A DNA stretch of 64,000 nucleotides from Laetmonice hystrix (lineage: Eukaryota): assembly GCA_965235115.1 (NCBI GenBank), contig OZ249440.1:32366001-32430000 (forward strand), written 5' to 3'. The notes beneath the pieces are model-generated. The model worked only from the letters and a program-made list of their open reading frames with translations. It made no database searches and was not told where the DNA came from. The position numbers and the translations under genes are program-made. Of this stretch, positions 25,691 to 38,639 are shown in pieces (the first letter of the stretch is position 1; each line of letters opens with the position of its first letter).

Positions 25691-26908
25691 TACTACATCT
25701 TTTCGAACAAAAAATACTCTCAAACCCTCTCGAATAATAAAGACCACCACAATAACAATAACACCTGAAACCGCACTAAGGCTCATAAGGCTAATGACAG
25801 CGGACCCAGCCACCAGGACATGTACTCCGCGACCCCCCTAGGCATCCGCCACTCCCACCCACCGGCCCGACACGCGCCACCCCCCACCGTAGCGTCTACA
25901 ACAGGCCCACATCGCGTGCCAGAGGTCAAGACCGAGGCAGAACACACGCCCGATAACTCTTCCAAGCCGACCACAAGCCGCAGCATGCTACGACAGGCGC
26001 CCGGCCACAGGCGCCCCTCAACCCACATTTAACAACCACACCTCAGCAGTGAACTACCCCCTCGCAGTGGAACATTTTCTAGAGAAGGAAACTTCGCTGA
26101 ACGCAATGTTGGGTCCCTTCCCAGCAGAGCCCTTCTCCCCTTGGACACAGGTCAGCCCTCTTATGACCTGACCCAAGAAAGATGCTTCGGCAGATGGCGC
26201 CACAATGAACCCGCCCCGCCGTGTTATAACAAACCTTAGCTTCCCGGAGAACGCCAGCGTTAATGATGGGATCGCCCGTAACTTTTTCCAAGGCGAAGAC
26301 ACGACTTATTCCCTGCCAACTGTATTTAGCCAACGATATCGCCCAGCGAGGCAAGGGATGCCTCATGTGGAAGACCGACCTTCAGTGTGCTTACCGACAG
26401 CTCTGCGTTGACCCGTTGGATTACCCCCTCCTCGCCATCCAGCATAAAGCAGCTTATTCAAAAAGAATGGGCCACGCTTGCCAAACGGGGGCGGGCGCAT
26501 TCTCGGAAAGAATGGGGACGTTCTACAATATCCGTTTTCCATTGAAATACAAACGGGACCACCACATCTCGTAGCTGGAGGCGATCAACGCTGTGCTCGC
26601 AGTCAAGACACTCCTTCCACCGGGCGTCTCTGGCGTGGACGTGCTTGTGGTCACAGACAATATCGCTTCCATGTACGCCCTTAACTCGGGCTGCACCCGG
26701 GACCCTATACTGGCCGCCTGCGCCTGAGAACTCGCTCTCGTAGAGGCCCTGCAAGACGTCACTATAACACTAGCCCATGCGGCGGGCTCAACACTCGTAC
26801 TTGCTGACTCCCTCTCAGGGGCATTTGCAGACGAAAGCATGAGCACATTAGCAGAAACCCTCGTTAACAAGAAAAACTTGAAATTCTAAATTCCAGTTTT
26901 GTTAAAAT

Positions 26909-27925
26909 ATGTACTCTCACCTACCTAATCGATACCATGGTCTGCTTCCTCCACCAGCTAACCCCAATCCGCGGCTGCTAGAACTACTCAAGAGGACCTA
27001 CGCAGCCGCCTTCTCCCAAGGGACGGCAGAAAACCACCGCCGTCAAGCCAAGGCCTACGTTACTTTCATGACTCACCATAAACTGGACTTCAAGGCCCCA
27101 TCACCCCTTCAACTCGCTCTATACATACAATGTTTGGCGAACTCTTTTAAAAGCACCCAAACGGTTAAAAACTACATCTCCGGCGCAAAGACCTTCTTTG
27201 AAACAATTCACCAGCCGGTTCACAATTTCTCGGCCCCACTCGTCATGGCCACCCTTGGGGGGTCACGAAATTGTCAACTCACATCCAGGCCCAGGCTCCC
27301 CCAATTTCTGCCGAGACAGTCAAGCTCCTGTCTTCAGCGCTCTCTCGCATTGGGCCGCTAGGCGTGCATGCGAAGGCCCTGCTCCTTCTTATGTACGCCT
27401 CTTTTCTGCGACAGTCAAATCTACTCACGCCGCCCGGGTTTGCTCTGGCCGGGCCCCATACCCTCCGAAGGCGCGACATCACCCTGGAGGGAGACACACT
27501 CTGCGCTCAGGGTAACCTCTTCGAAGACCATTCAGACCCCCCTGGAGGTCGTTCGTATCCCGGTGCACCGGGCCCCGGGCCCCAACTGCCCGGTTGCGGC
27601 GTGGTGTGCATGTACTCGCCTCTGTCCGGCCCCGCATGACGCCCCTGCGTTCGTGGACGCGTCGGGGCGCCCCTATAGGCCGGACGCCATGAACAGACTG
27701 CTCAGCGCTGCGCTTCAGGCGGCGGGTCACCCTGACGGGCCCTGCTTCACCCTTCACAGTCTGAGACGATCGGGGGCCACGGAGGCCGCCCGACGTGATG
27801 TACCTCCCCGGGACCTCATGCTTCACAGCACATGGAAATCCTCTGCGATTCAGGCCTACGTCCCAACGGACATCCTAACCAAAACACCACACGCTATCCA
27901 ACAATCTTTGGCCTCTTCTAAATGA
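26909..27925 (+). pseudogene. Tyrosine recombinase of the YR retrotransposon, frameshifted
   Basis: TVKNYISG, FLRQSN (catalytic R), SSKT (K), CPV, HSLRRSGAT (HxxR), HSTWKSSAIQAY (Y). Frameshifts near 27260 and 27510. Confidence 0.88.
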
Positions 27926-29399
27926 AAAGACTGTGATTTATCCGTATTTTAGACTTTCTTTCTTAACGTGTCATTTATCATATTGTCTTATTATATTATA
28001 TGTACTACTGTATTCTACCTTATTAAAATTTTGTACTGCCCGCAATTAGGCCTCCATCAATTATAAAGCAGTTGGATTTGAAAAAAAGACTTGACGCGGG
28101 GGTTTTTAGGCCTTTTTTTTGGCCTTACATAGAGCAGGTATAAAAAGACAGGTACATGACGGAAAGAAGAAAACGGAGAGAAAAATAAAATAGATAAGCA
28201 AGAAAAAAAGAGAAGAGAACAGACATATCTGATACTGGGGGGTTTGTCCGCTGGGATTCTGTCCTCCAACCGGTTCATTAGGACCACGTATTATGACTCC
28301 CACGGACACATTGTCCCGTCTGTCAAAGGGCAGAAAACCAATCTACATTAATCATAAGAATATAAATATTTGGAGCCGCTAGGAAATCATTATCAACCCG
28401 TTGAAAATCTTTCCACAAACGACCATCATACACCTCTGCATAGTAGTCGGTTTCTCCAATTAATGTTCGCACTGATCGTCTATCGTTTCTTTGTAGTAAT
28501 ATTTGTACTATAGGCCGTCAGTAATAGGCTTATAACAACACTTTTATGCGACAAAAGATCTTAAGTCACGACTTCTTCCAATACCTCGGACCCACATGCT
28601 ATACACTCTTGCCTCTCTTGCTGATTATATTACTGCATTTTTTGCCTTCCTCTTTGTCTCCGAACTTTTACAATTAGTTCATTGATAGTGTGAGATATAT
28701 TTCCAAGTACTGTGGATATACAATATATTATGTCGCTCAAAATTGTCCATGTCTATGTCGAAATACCATCGAAGATGGTATAAACTTCGCTATTTTTGCT
28801 AAAATACTTAACATCCCGAATAGGCTAAAGGAAATAGCATATATTTCCAATGATAATGCTTTCTCAGACAAAATATTCATGCTATTCCATGGGACAAGTT
28901 ACCAAATACCCACATAAGCAAATTCAAATATGACTTGCGTTCACTGGCACAGCCTTGAAAATCGGGCTCTGTCAGGGCGACACCAATGCCAATGGCATTT
29001 TGATGATCATGCCAATAGTTATAATCCAAATTGTATTTAATCTGATGCATTAATATGTCATCATCAGAATGTAGTACGTATCATCATCCTCTTCACTGTC
29101 CATAATATCAAATTTGTACTGATTTCTATTCTTTTTCAATTTCATCACCAATATATAGGTTTGAGACTTTGCAATTAATGTTCAGTCCTTTTGGGTGCCA
29201 GGGTCAGGCTTGAGTCATCTCGAGTTGTCAAGGGGCATCGCGCATCCTGCATTCTACCCCTTGAGATCAGCCCATGCTAACAGGGCGGAAGATGACCCTG
29301 AGGTCAACCTTGTGAATATTAATAGGACCTGTCATCGTCGCTCCACCCGCACTAACGGTCCTCACCGAAGGCTTACTTCTCGCAAAAATGCCTGATAGG

Positions 29400-30021
29400 C
29401 TTGCCCAGTTTGCTGATAAACAAATGTGTCCCTCCCTAACAATACAGTTTGTAGAACTCTGACTTGATATGGCTTAACATGCGAAATTCCAAAGTTTAGC
29501 TCCCCTGATTTCTGCATCGTCGCTCGCTGCGCTTCGAACACTGGCCTGCTCGCGACTTGGCCCGGTGTCGCTGGCGCTTGCTCGGTCTCGCCCATGCCGT
29601 GGGTTAAATAATTATAGGTCGGGATAGGTTATACTTATAGTTATAGTGTGTGTTCTTGCAGCCCTGTGAACTCAAAGTTGTTCCTCCCACTGTCACTATA
29701 GTGTCAAGATTAAATGCCTACCCGTTGCTGCTATCGTTGGCTTCGCCATTGCTTCAAAAACAATAACTTCACCGTGGGAAGGTTCCGGTCTGAACGTTCC
29801 TATTGGCCAATCAGAAATGCACGCTAATTTTTATGAATCGCGCCTTAGGCAGTGCTGTAATCAGATGGAGCTGCAGCAGACGGCAGCAAGGGGGAAAACA
29901 GATGGCGCTGCGAGCCACGCGTTTCTAAGAAGAGACGGGCAGGCGAATCATGAATCATACGGTTCAACCTCGAGCGCGGGAGTATGGACACTCTCTCAGC
30001 AAGTGCTTGACGTCTAGACTA
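29400..30021 (-). mobile_element. RecQ-like helicase N-terminal remnant with possible Academ-type terminus
   Basis: FGISHVKPYQVRVLQTVLLGRDTFVYQQTG resembles the RecQ motif 0-I region; an upstream end reads TAGTCTAGAC on the minus strand. Confidence 0.45.
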
Positions 30022-30531
30022 GAGTACACATGCTCTAAACTTCAATTTGCTCAAATCCAGTTGGATCTATGTGAAATGTAAACAGGTTATTTCATGTAAT
30101 AACATTTCAAACATTATATTATAGATTTACTTATATAGATGTAAGTTTTTTACCTTTAAACCTGTAAAATCAAGGATAATCTTGACGGGTTAACTCTAGG
30201 ACCTACGACTACGTCCTTGTGTAGTGTCGACAAACATGACGGGGTCAATACCACAGTAATGGTCACGATGAACAAACGTTTTTCGCACTATTTTTTAAGT
30301 AACTGGTCTCATAATTTTGGTATACATTGCACAAATGCTTTTAGATGCATTTAGTTTAATAAATTTTGATTATATAAATAACTTTTGAAAAGACCCAGAG
30401 ATGCCTAACAATAGACAATAGTAACTATGGGTTCCTAACCACTACAGTCAGGCTATATAGAGGGACCTAATCACCACAGGAAGGTGGCGTATATAGGTTC
30501 ATATAATCACTACAGTCAGGCGGGGTATATA

Positions 30532-30818
30532 CAGGGCCGGATCCAGGATTCTTAGAAGGGGGGGGGGCGTAGCCCCTGGAGAAGATTGCGAGCGCCGAAG
30601 GCGCAAAGCCCCAGGGGGGGGGTCTGGGGGACCTCCCCCCGAAAAATTTGAAAATTCATGTTTGTCAGATGCATTTTCCCGGCATCTGAGAAAACAACTG
30701 TTCCTTTTTTCAGGGGGCAAAGTACTGGAAAAATTCCAGTCTAAAAAATCATTACTCTGCCAAAAATAGGGGGGGCGTACGCCCCCCCCCACGCCCCCCC
30801 CCCCTGGATCCGGCCCTG
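30532..30818. mobile_element. MITE with CAGGGCCGGATCCAGG TIRs
   Basis: Perfect 16-bp TIRs; inserted in the GGGGTATATAGGG minisatellite with TATATA duplicated. Confidence 0.85.
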
Positions 30819-31489
30819 TATATAGGGACCTAATCATTACAGGAAGGTGGCGTATACAGGGTCCTAATCACTACAGATCGATGTAGCCTACTTGGACAGG
30901 TGGATTTTTCAGGAGCCATTTGCAGGCCGAGCCGAGACTATACAACTTTTCTCTTTAGGGACATTGTCAAAGTAATTGGGTTACCCCTGATGCCCGTGCA
31001 TTTCAAAAGAAAAATACAGATCGATGTAGCCTACTTGGAAAGGTGGATTTTTCAGGAGCCATTTGCAGGCCGAGCCGGGAGCAAAGCCTTGAGTGCCTCT
31101 ATGAAATCGGCTTCAGCACCACAGAAGTCGTCAACGCTAACGCTGTGAATCCTAGGCGGTGGCCTAGTGGGTATGGATGTCGACACCTTATGCTATGCGA
31201 ATGGGTGCAGTAATCTTGGGGCCGGGGTTCGATTCCTGTAGAGGGCTATATAACTTTTCTCTTTAGGGACATTGTCAAAGTAATTGGGTTACCCCTGATG
31301 CCCGTGCATTTCAAAAGAAAAATACAGTCATGTGGGGTATATAGGGCCTAACCACAACACTCATGAGGGGTATATAGGGGCCTGATCACTACATTCAGGC
31401 GGGTTATATAGATTCCTAACCACTACAGTCAGGATGGATATATAGGGGCCTAATCACTACAGTCACGTGGGGTATATAGGGACCTACTC

Positions 31490-33655
31490 ATGCCAGGATG
31501 ACCTTAACAGTCAATGTTCGGTAGAAATCATGGGTACCGTAGCTCTATCTAGGAAAATATGGATTCCGTCTCATCTCGGAAGATGTGTGTAGGGGAAAGG
31601 TCCATTGTCCTGCTCGACCACCAAAGCTTCCTTTTTAGGGAGGTGGCGGTGGCCGAGTGGGCATGGGCGTCGATACCTTATGCTATGCGAATGGGTGCAG
31701 TAATCTTGGGGCCGGGGTTCGATTCCTGTAGAGGGCTATACAACTTTTCTCTTTAGGGACATTGTCAAAGTAATTGGGTTTACGCCTGATGCCCGTGCAT
31801 TTCAAAAAAGAAAAATACAGTCAGGTGGGGTATATATGGTCTCGCCAGTGCCAGGATTACCTTAACAGTCAATGTTCGGTAAAAATCATGTGTAGCTCTA
31901 TCTAGGAAAATATGGATTCCGTCTCATCTCGGAAGATGTGTGTAGGGGGAAGGTCCATTGTCCTGCTCGACCACCAAAGCTTCCTTTTTAGGGAGGTGGC
32001 GGTGGCCGAGTGGGCATGGGCGTCGATACCTTATGCTATGCGAATGGGTGCAGTAATCTTGGGGCCGGGGTTCGATTCCTGTAGAGGGCTATACAACTTT
32101 TCTCTTTAGGGACATTGTCAAAGTAATTGGGTTTACGCCTGATGCCCGTGCATTTCAAAAAAGAAAAATACAGTCAGGTGGGGTATATATGGTCTCGCCA
32201 GTGCCAGGATTACCTTAACAGTCAATGTTCGGTAAAAATCATGTGTAGCTCTATCTAGGAAAATATGGATTCCGTCTCATCTCGGAAGATGTGTGTAGGG
32301 GGAAGGTCCATTGTCCTGCTCGACCACCAAAGCTTCCTTTTTAGGGAGGTGGCGGTGGCCGAGTGGGCATGGGCGTCGATACGTTATGCTATGCGAATGG
32401 GTGCAGTAATCTTGGGGCCGGGGTTCGATTCCTGTAGAGGGCTATACAACTTTTCTCTTTAGGGACATTGTCAAAGTAATTGGGTTTACGCCTGATGCCC
32501 GTGCATTTCAAAAAAGAAAAATACAGTCAGGTGGGGTATATATGGTCTAGCCAGTGCCAGGATTACCTTAACAGTCAATGTTCGGTAAAAATCATGTGTA
32601 GCTCTATCTAGGAAAATATGGATTCCGTCTCATTTCGGAAGATGTGTGTAGGGGGGAGGGTCCATTGTCCTGCTCGACCACCAAAGCTTTTTTTTAGGGA
32701 GGTGGCTGTGGCCGAGTGGGCATGGGCGTCGATACCTTATGCTATGCGAATGGGTGCAGTAATCTTGGGGCCGGGGTTCGATTCCTGTAGAGGGCTATAC
32801 AACTTTTCTCTTTAGGGACATTGTCAAAGTAATTGGGTTACGCCTGATGCCCGTGCATTTCAAAAAAGAAAAATACAGTCAGGTGGGGTATATATGGTCT
32901 ACGCCAGTGCCAGGATTACCTTAACAGTCAATGTTCGGTAGAAATCATGTGTAGCTCTATCTAGGAAAATATGGATTCCGTCTCATTTCAGAAGATGTAT
33001 GTAGGGGGAGGGTCCATTGTCCTGCTCGACCACCAAAGCTCCTTTATTAGGGGAGTGGCGGTGGCCGAGTGGGCATGGGTGTCGACACCTTATGCTATGC
33101 GAATGGGTGCAGTAATCTTGGGGCCGGGGTTCGATTCCTGTAGAGGACTATACAACTTTTCTCTTTAGGGACATTGTCAAAGTAATTGGGTCACCCCTGA
33201 TGCCCGTGCATTTCAAAAGAAAAATACAGTCAGGTGGGGTACATAAAGTCCTAATCACTACATTGTCAAAGTAATTGGGTTACCCCTGATGCCCGTGCAT
33301 TTCAAAAGAAAAATACAGTCTACGCCAGTGCCAGGATTACCTTAACAGTCAATGTTCGGTAGAAATCATGTGTAGCTCTAACTAGGAAAATATGGATTCC
33401 GTCTCATTTCAAAAAGATGTGTGTAGGGGGGAGGGTCCATTGTCCTGCTCGACCACCAAAGCTCCTTTTTAAGGGGAGTGGCGGTGGCCTAGTGGGCATG
33501 GATGTCGACACCTTATGCTATGCGAATGGGTGCAGTAATCTTAGGGCCGGGGTTCGATTCCTGTAGAGGACTATACAACTTTTCTCTTTAGGGACATTGT
33601 CAAAGTAATTGGGTTACCCCTGATGCCCGTGCATTTCAAAAGAAAAATACAGTCA
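31490..33655 (+). repeat. 353-bp satellite carrying tRNA-like Pol III cassettes
   Basis: Equivalent positions at 31559, 31912, 32265, 32618, 32971 (period 353), a sixth near 33392 and a partial copy near 31155. Each has TGGCCGAGTGG (A box), GGTTCGATTCC (B box) and a downstream TTTT. Confidence 0.93.
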
Positions 33656-35049
33656 GGAGGGGTATATAGGGCCTAATCACTACAGTCAGGAGGGGTATAT
33701 AGGGGCCTGATCACTACAGTCAGGTGGGTTATATAGGTTCCTAACCACTACAGTCAGGATGGATACATAGGTGCCTAATCACTACAGTCACGTGGGGTAT
33801 ATAGGGACCTAATCAGTAGTCAGGAGGGGTATATAGGGGCCTAATTACTACAGGCAGGTAGTAGTAGTAGTGTAGTGATTAGGAACTTATATACCCCCCA
33901 CCCGACAGTAGTGATTAGAAACCTATATATATACCACACCTGACCATAGTGATTAGGTCCCTGTATACGCCACCTGCCTGTAGTGATTAGGGCCCCATAT
34001 ACCCCACGTGACTGTAGTAATTAGGACTCCATTACCCCACCTGCCTGTTGTGATTAGGACCTTGTGTACCCCTCCTGACTATAGTGATTAGGTCCCTGTA
34101 TACGCCACCTGCCTGCAGTGATTAGGTCCCTATATACCCCACCTGACGGCAGTGATTAGGACCTTATGTACCCCTCCTTACTGTATTTTTCTTTTGAAAT
34201 GCACGGGCGTCAGGCGTAACCCAATTACTTTGACAATGTCCCTAAAGAGAAAAGTTGTATAGTCCTCTACAGGAATCGAACCCCGGCCCCAAGATTACTG
34301 CACCCATTCGTATAGCATAAGGTGTCGACCCTTGGGGGTAAATTATGTCAACCCTAGTTTACTGTAGTGATTAGGTCTCTGTATACGCCACCTGCCTGTA
34401 GTGATTGAATATGAATTCCCTGACCCAAAAAACCCAGAAAGCTTGCGTTGATCAGCATTACAGCCACACCATTGAGAGGCCTGTTTCCAACATGGTGAAC
34501 GGCAGCCATCTTGGATTTCTCGGTCAAAACGAGGTCGAATCATTATGAAGGTACCAAAAATGAATTCCTTGACCCCCAAAAAAACAAAAAGCATAATATT
34601 ATGCTGATGAGCACTGTAGCCTAAACCATAGCAAAAGTAATTTTTAAAGTAGCCCCCGGCGGCCATTTTGGATTTTGGCCCCTTGCGAAGTTAGCCCACA
34701 CTTTCGCGAGGGTCACCCTCGCTAATTTTTTAAAGTAACCCTCAAAGATGACAAATCCATAGAAAAACCTTTGTTTGGACTCAACAGTCACGGAAGTGCC
34801 AGAAATGACCCAACTTAAAATACTTTATTGTGGTGAGGATTTCCTCTCGACTCTGGACACTGTTCCCTACAATACTGCTGATTCTCCTTCCCTGCGTCTC
34901 CTACTCTGTCTATATATAGGCCCTTCTCTCGGGCATGCAGGTGCGCATCTAGGGCTATATAAAGGTATAACTCTTTTGTAACAGTGGGGGCAATTACGCT
35001 AACTCATGTATATGTAATTCCTTAATGGAAGTGACCAACAATAAGGTTG

Positions 35050-35200
35050 TAAAACTGGATGTGTAGGCAAGGTGAAACCTGACCATAACACCTACGGCAG
35101 CCATTCTCTACGTGGTCCGACTTGTGATCGCATGTGGAATTGTTAAAGTTCCTACATGGTGGACCTGGTCTGGCTGCCTCGACTTCTTGTGTCATCCTTC
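35050..35200 (-). pseudogene. Possible YR-retrotransposon gag zinc-finger remnant
   Basis: Minus-strand translation PCRNFNNSTCDHKSDHVENGCRRC resembles the DIRS/Ngaro ORF1 finger. Confidence 0.35.
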
Positions 35201-35977
35201 AAGTATTCTCCTTTTTCCCCTTGTCAGATATTTTGCTCACCTGGGACATACGGATTCGCATAAGGGGGTGGGTGCTTTTCTTCTTCTTGACATTTTCACC
35301 ATATTGCCTTGTTAGCGCGCAAGCAAGTCAGAGCAATGGCATAGCATATGAGCCCCGAGCAGGCGTGCCCTTAGAAAGTGTCCTGGCAAAAAGGGAAATG
35401 GCAATGACGCCGACGAGTTTGTTACCCGCGCCAAGTCCGGTATGAGAACAACGGTCTCTGGCCCCTTATGTCCTTGTGTTGCTCATGCCTGTGATGTCCA
35501 TTATGCCCTCAATTAATATTAATTCTAGCATTAATCCCAATGGCGGCCATGGCTGGTCATGTGGTTATCTCACCCAAAACGGGCCATGGTCAGTCAGGGA
35601 GCAGTTCGTATTTTCATATTGCATTAATCCATCAATGCATCAATGCGTGGCGATGTGTCTGTGGAAAACTAATTGCTCCCTCCCTCCCTCCCTTCCTCCA
35701 CCCAAAGCGAGGCCGGGGGCAAGATGGCGACTTGCTTTATGCGAATGTGCCCGCTACATGACTTGGATTTCAAATATACAGGTTGACAGCAGGATTTATT
35801 GGGATCGCTGTCCAGAACTGACAAGTAACTGGGACGATGCCCTGTCTACTTCAAGCCTACGCTGTGTTGTGCACTGCTCCTTGGACTGATGCGTCTAGAC
35901 CAGGCGGTACAAGTGAGAAACATTAACATCAGGTGGGCCAAAAAAAACTGGAACACTCTTTTCTTGACGATAACTTC

Positions 35978-36325
35978 CAGACCTGCCAAAACTCCCGCTT
36001 AGGCGGGAGAACTCCCGAATTTTGGGTGTTTTTGCCCTTTCTCCCGATCTCCCGACTGACCTGTGAAATTCTCCCGCCAGACCATTCATTTGTAGAAAAA
36101 ATCGGGTGTGTCCTTCTTCGATGGAGGAGGCACCACAACGCCAGGCTCGGCAGCTTTTAGTTGTATGATGGTGCTCACATCTTTGCAAGAACATCAATAC
36201 TTGTAGGCCTATATTTACAAGACGTTTGATCACTGGTACCGTTTCGCAGCAAATTATCCCCCGCTTGGGATTACCTCAAGTGGGAGATTCTCCCACTTGG
36301 TAGACAAAAAGATTTGGCAGGTTTG
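35978..36325. mobile_element. MITE with CA(G/A)ACCTGCCAAA TIRs and 6-bp TSD
   Basis: TIRs at both ends; AACTTC duplicated at 35972-35977 and 36326-36331; CTCCC/GGGAG subterminal repeats. Confidence 0.85.
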
Positions 36326-36445
36326 AACTTCTATCATTTTTATCTCAATCTCAATGTCATAAATTGCAATGGCGGACTAGAGTAGTTAACGTGGTGCCAC
36401 ACGTCTGTGGGGTTGGTGCAGCAGTGTCTGAATAACGTGACATAA

Positions 36446-37146
36446 TGTTGTGTACCGACATACCCCCCCCCCATTCTCCCTCACTGTATCCGAACATTTC
36501 TTATCTGCTAGTAGTGACATTTACATATTAAGGAACTATATAATTAATTGCGAACTTTATTATTCAAATATTATGAACTATATCTTTGCTAGTATTAGAC
36601 ATTTACATATTAAGGAACTATATAATCAATTCCGAAACTTTATTATTCATATATTATGAACTATCTTTGTTAGCATTAGACATTCCCATATTAAGGAACT
36701 ATATAACCATTATGCGAACTTTACTACTTATTAATCACCGACAATATGTGCTAGTAATGAACATTTATATATATCGGGGGACAATATATCTGTTGTATAG
36801 GAATAACTGTTGGCTCGGCGCATCTCAATAAAGCATTCTGCTAGCGCCGGGATCCGGGTTCCTGTCCCGCATTCGCCATGTCCGGGGTGGATCGGTCAGT
36901 CCAGGTGAGGGTGAGTCAGCAGGGAGAGTGGGCGCCCAGTCTCACAGAGTTTCCCAAGTATACCCGAAGGAAATGGTGAGGTCACCGGAAGGGTCGCTCG
37001 GGAGGACTCAGAATAGTTCGGGTAAGTCCGCCTGCATGATGTCATCCGGCGTGACTTTGTAGAATGTAGAAATACAAGCTTATCAAACCACCAGCAACCG
37101 GATCAAGGTATATTTTCTATTCCTCGTCGCGACGGGGTTCACAACA
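36446..37146 (+). repeat. 5' LTR (701 bp)
   Basis: TGTTGT...ACAACA termini; internal ~80-bp AT-rich tandem repeats; both ends match 43308-45051. Confidence 0.88.
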
Positions 37147-37151
37147 TATTT

Positions 37152-37169
37152 TGGCGTCTCCGATGGGAC
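37152..37169 (+). promoter_or_regulatory. Primer binding site
   Basis: TGGCGTCTCCGATGGGAC, 5 nt after the LTR end; TGG is complementary to the tRNA CCA. Cognate tRNA not assigned. Confidence 0.7.
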
Positions 37170-38639
37170 ATGCCATTTTCGATATTACTCCTGGGCGCTG
37201 CAGTGTGGTAACAGACACTCCCAGGGTGATGTTGAGGTGGATGTTCTGACACGAACCAGGGGGAGAGTAAAATAGCTTGATTAGTGTTTTTGGGTGGCGT
37301 CTGATGGCTGACGGTGTACACGGAGGCCTAAACATGAGAGGCATGCTGGTCGGTACAGCGACCGATTGCACGTTGGTTGTTTCAACGGCCGATTATAGGC
37401 GTGTGTATCGAAGGATCGGAAGGCGCACGGTCATGGTACTTAATATTAACATTGGAGAGACGGAATATATTGGTATATACCTCCCCGCGCAGACAATGCT
37501 CGTGCTTGCGGCAAGAGATGGATCAGATGTGCAGATTATAAACGCAGTTATGTTTAGGGGTTCAGGATGGCACCAATCGCGCCTCTCTACGACAATGGCT
37601 GGACGACGTCTCGTCAGCCAAGGAATAAACGTCGGCAACCGACGAGCTCACCTTGTCCATGGTGGGATATCTAGTGAAGGGCGAATTGGACACGTTGGTA
37701 CGCAGCTGGATCAGGCGTAACGACCAAGATGGGATCGGCAATACGTCGTAAAAAAAAGGTTGGTACGGACCTATATTTCGGGCATTAGAAACAGGGACGT
37801 CCGGACGCGCATTCACGCCAGCCGCCCGGAGACCCTCGATGGTGCCTGCTAGCGGCCGCCACTATAGGGAGCCACCACTATAGGGAGCCAAAGTAAATCT
37901 CGCCAAAGTGCGTGAAAACGCGTGAGAACGCGTGAAAACTCGTGAAAACGGCCAGTGGAGTCACCCTATTATCGCTTAACATAGGCGCAGATAGGAAGTC
38001 TGTATTCAACCCATAACTACTGGTGCTAGTTTAAGAATTTTGCTTCGGAATAAAGCGTAGGCTGTGGAGCAGAATGTGTTAAAGCCTTGGAAAAAGTTTA
38101 AATGCCCTGGGAAACTCTTAGATATTTTAAAAATCGACTTTATCGGGCCCTGTCCACACCGTGATTGAGAGACCCAATCAGCGACGTCACAATGGTCATT
38201 TGTGATCATAACGGGCCTAAATATTAATGGCGGATGGTGCTTCGCTTCGCCAGTTCAAATGTCTCTAACTGCTAAAATACACAAGGAAGGACGTTGAAAC
38301 GTGACATAAGGGGATAAAATATTGAACCAAACAATGTCACTGACTTAGAATTGTTTAGCAAGGTCCCTCCTTTCTTAATTCAAACAATTTCATCGCCGGA
38401 AATCGGTGAAGTTTGTGACGTTACAATTTCGTACCCTCGTAATCTGACAGTTTTCCCGTAAATCTTGAAAAGATTAAGTAACAGATGTGAATGCCATATA
38501 CTTTTATAGATCGAGGATTACTGTCAAATTATGTCTGGATAGATTCTAAAATTACTTGTTGTGGTTTAGTATTGGGCCTGGCTTGACCCAAGCCAAAGTC
38601 AATGAGTGGGCGATAATGAACTGACACCAGCGGCTGCGC

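Larger units (their letters stand above)
24409..27925 (+). mobile_element. Tyrosine-recombinase retrotransposon (Ngaro/DIRS group), degenerate
   Basis: gag (YVWGFL, YDWSNVR, Cys/His finger ~25280-25390); RT remnants (MLGPF, NLSFP..SVNDGI, KTDL..AYRQL); RNase H (LEAIN, TDN, LADSLS); then YR. RT core deleted; termini not resolved. Confidence 0.85.
30432..34405. repeat. Composite satellite domain: ~34-bp minisatellite flanking a 353-bp unit array
   Basis: CTAATCACTACAGTCAGGTGGGGTATATAGGG units at 30432-30875, 31325-31490 and 33650-33858 (+) and 33870-34180 (-). Confidence 0.9.

Noticed and set aside
31559..33168. Five 65-aa ORFs, functional tRNA genes or a CRISPR-like array
   Set aside because: The ORFs recur only because the 353-bp unit does; acceptor and anticodon stems do not pair; units are identical throughout with no unique spacers or cas genes.
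37277..37720. 147-aa ORF after the PBS as gag N-terminus
   Set aside because: No recognisable capsid motif; the region looks degraded and interrupted, so no product is assigned.
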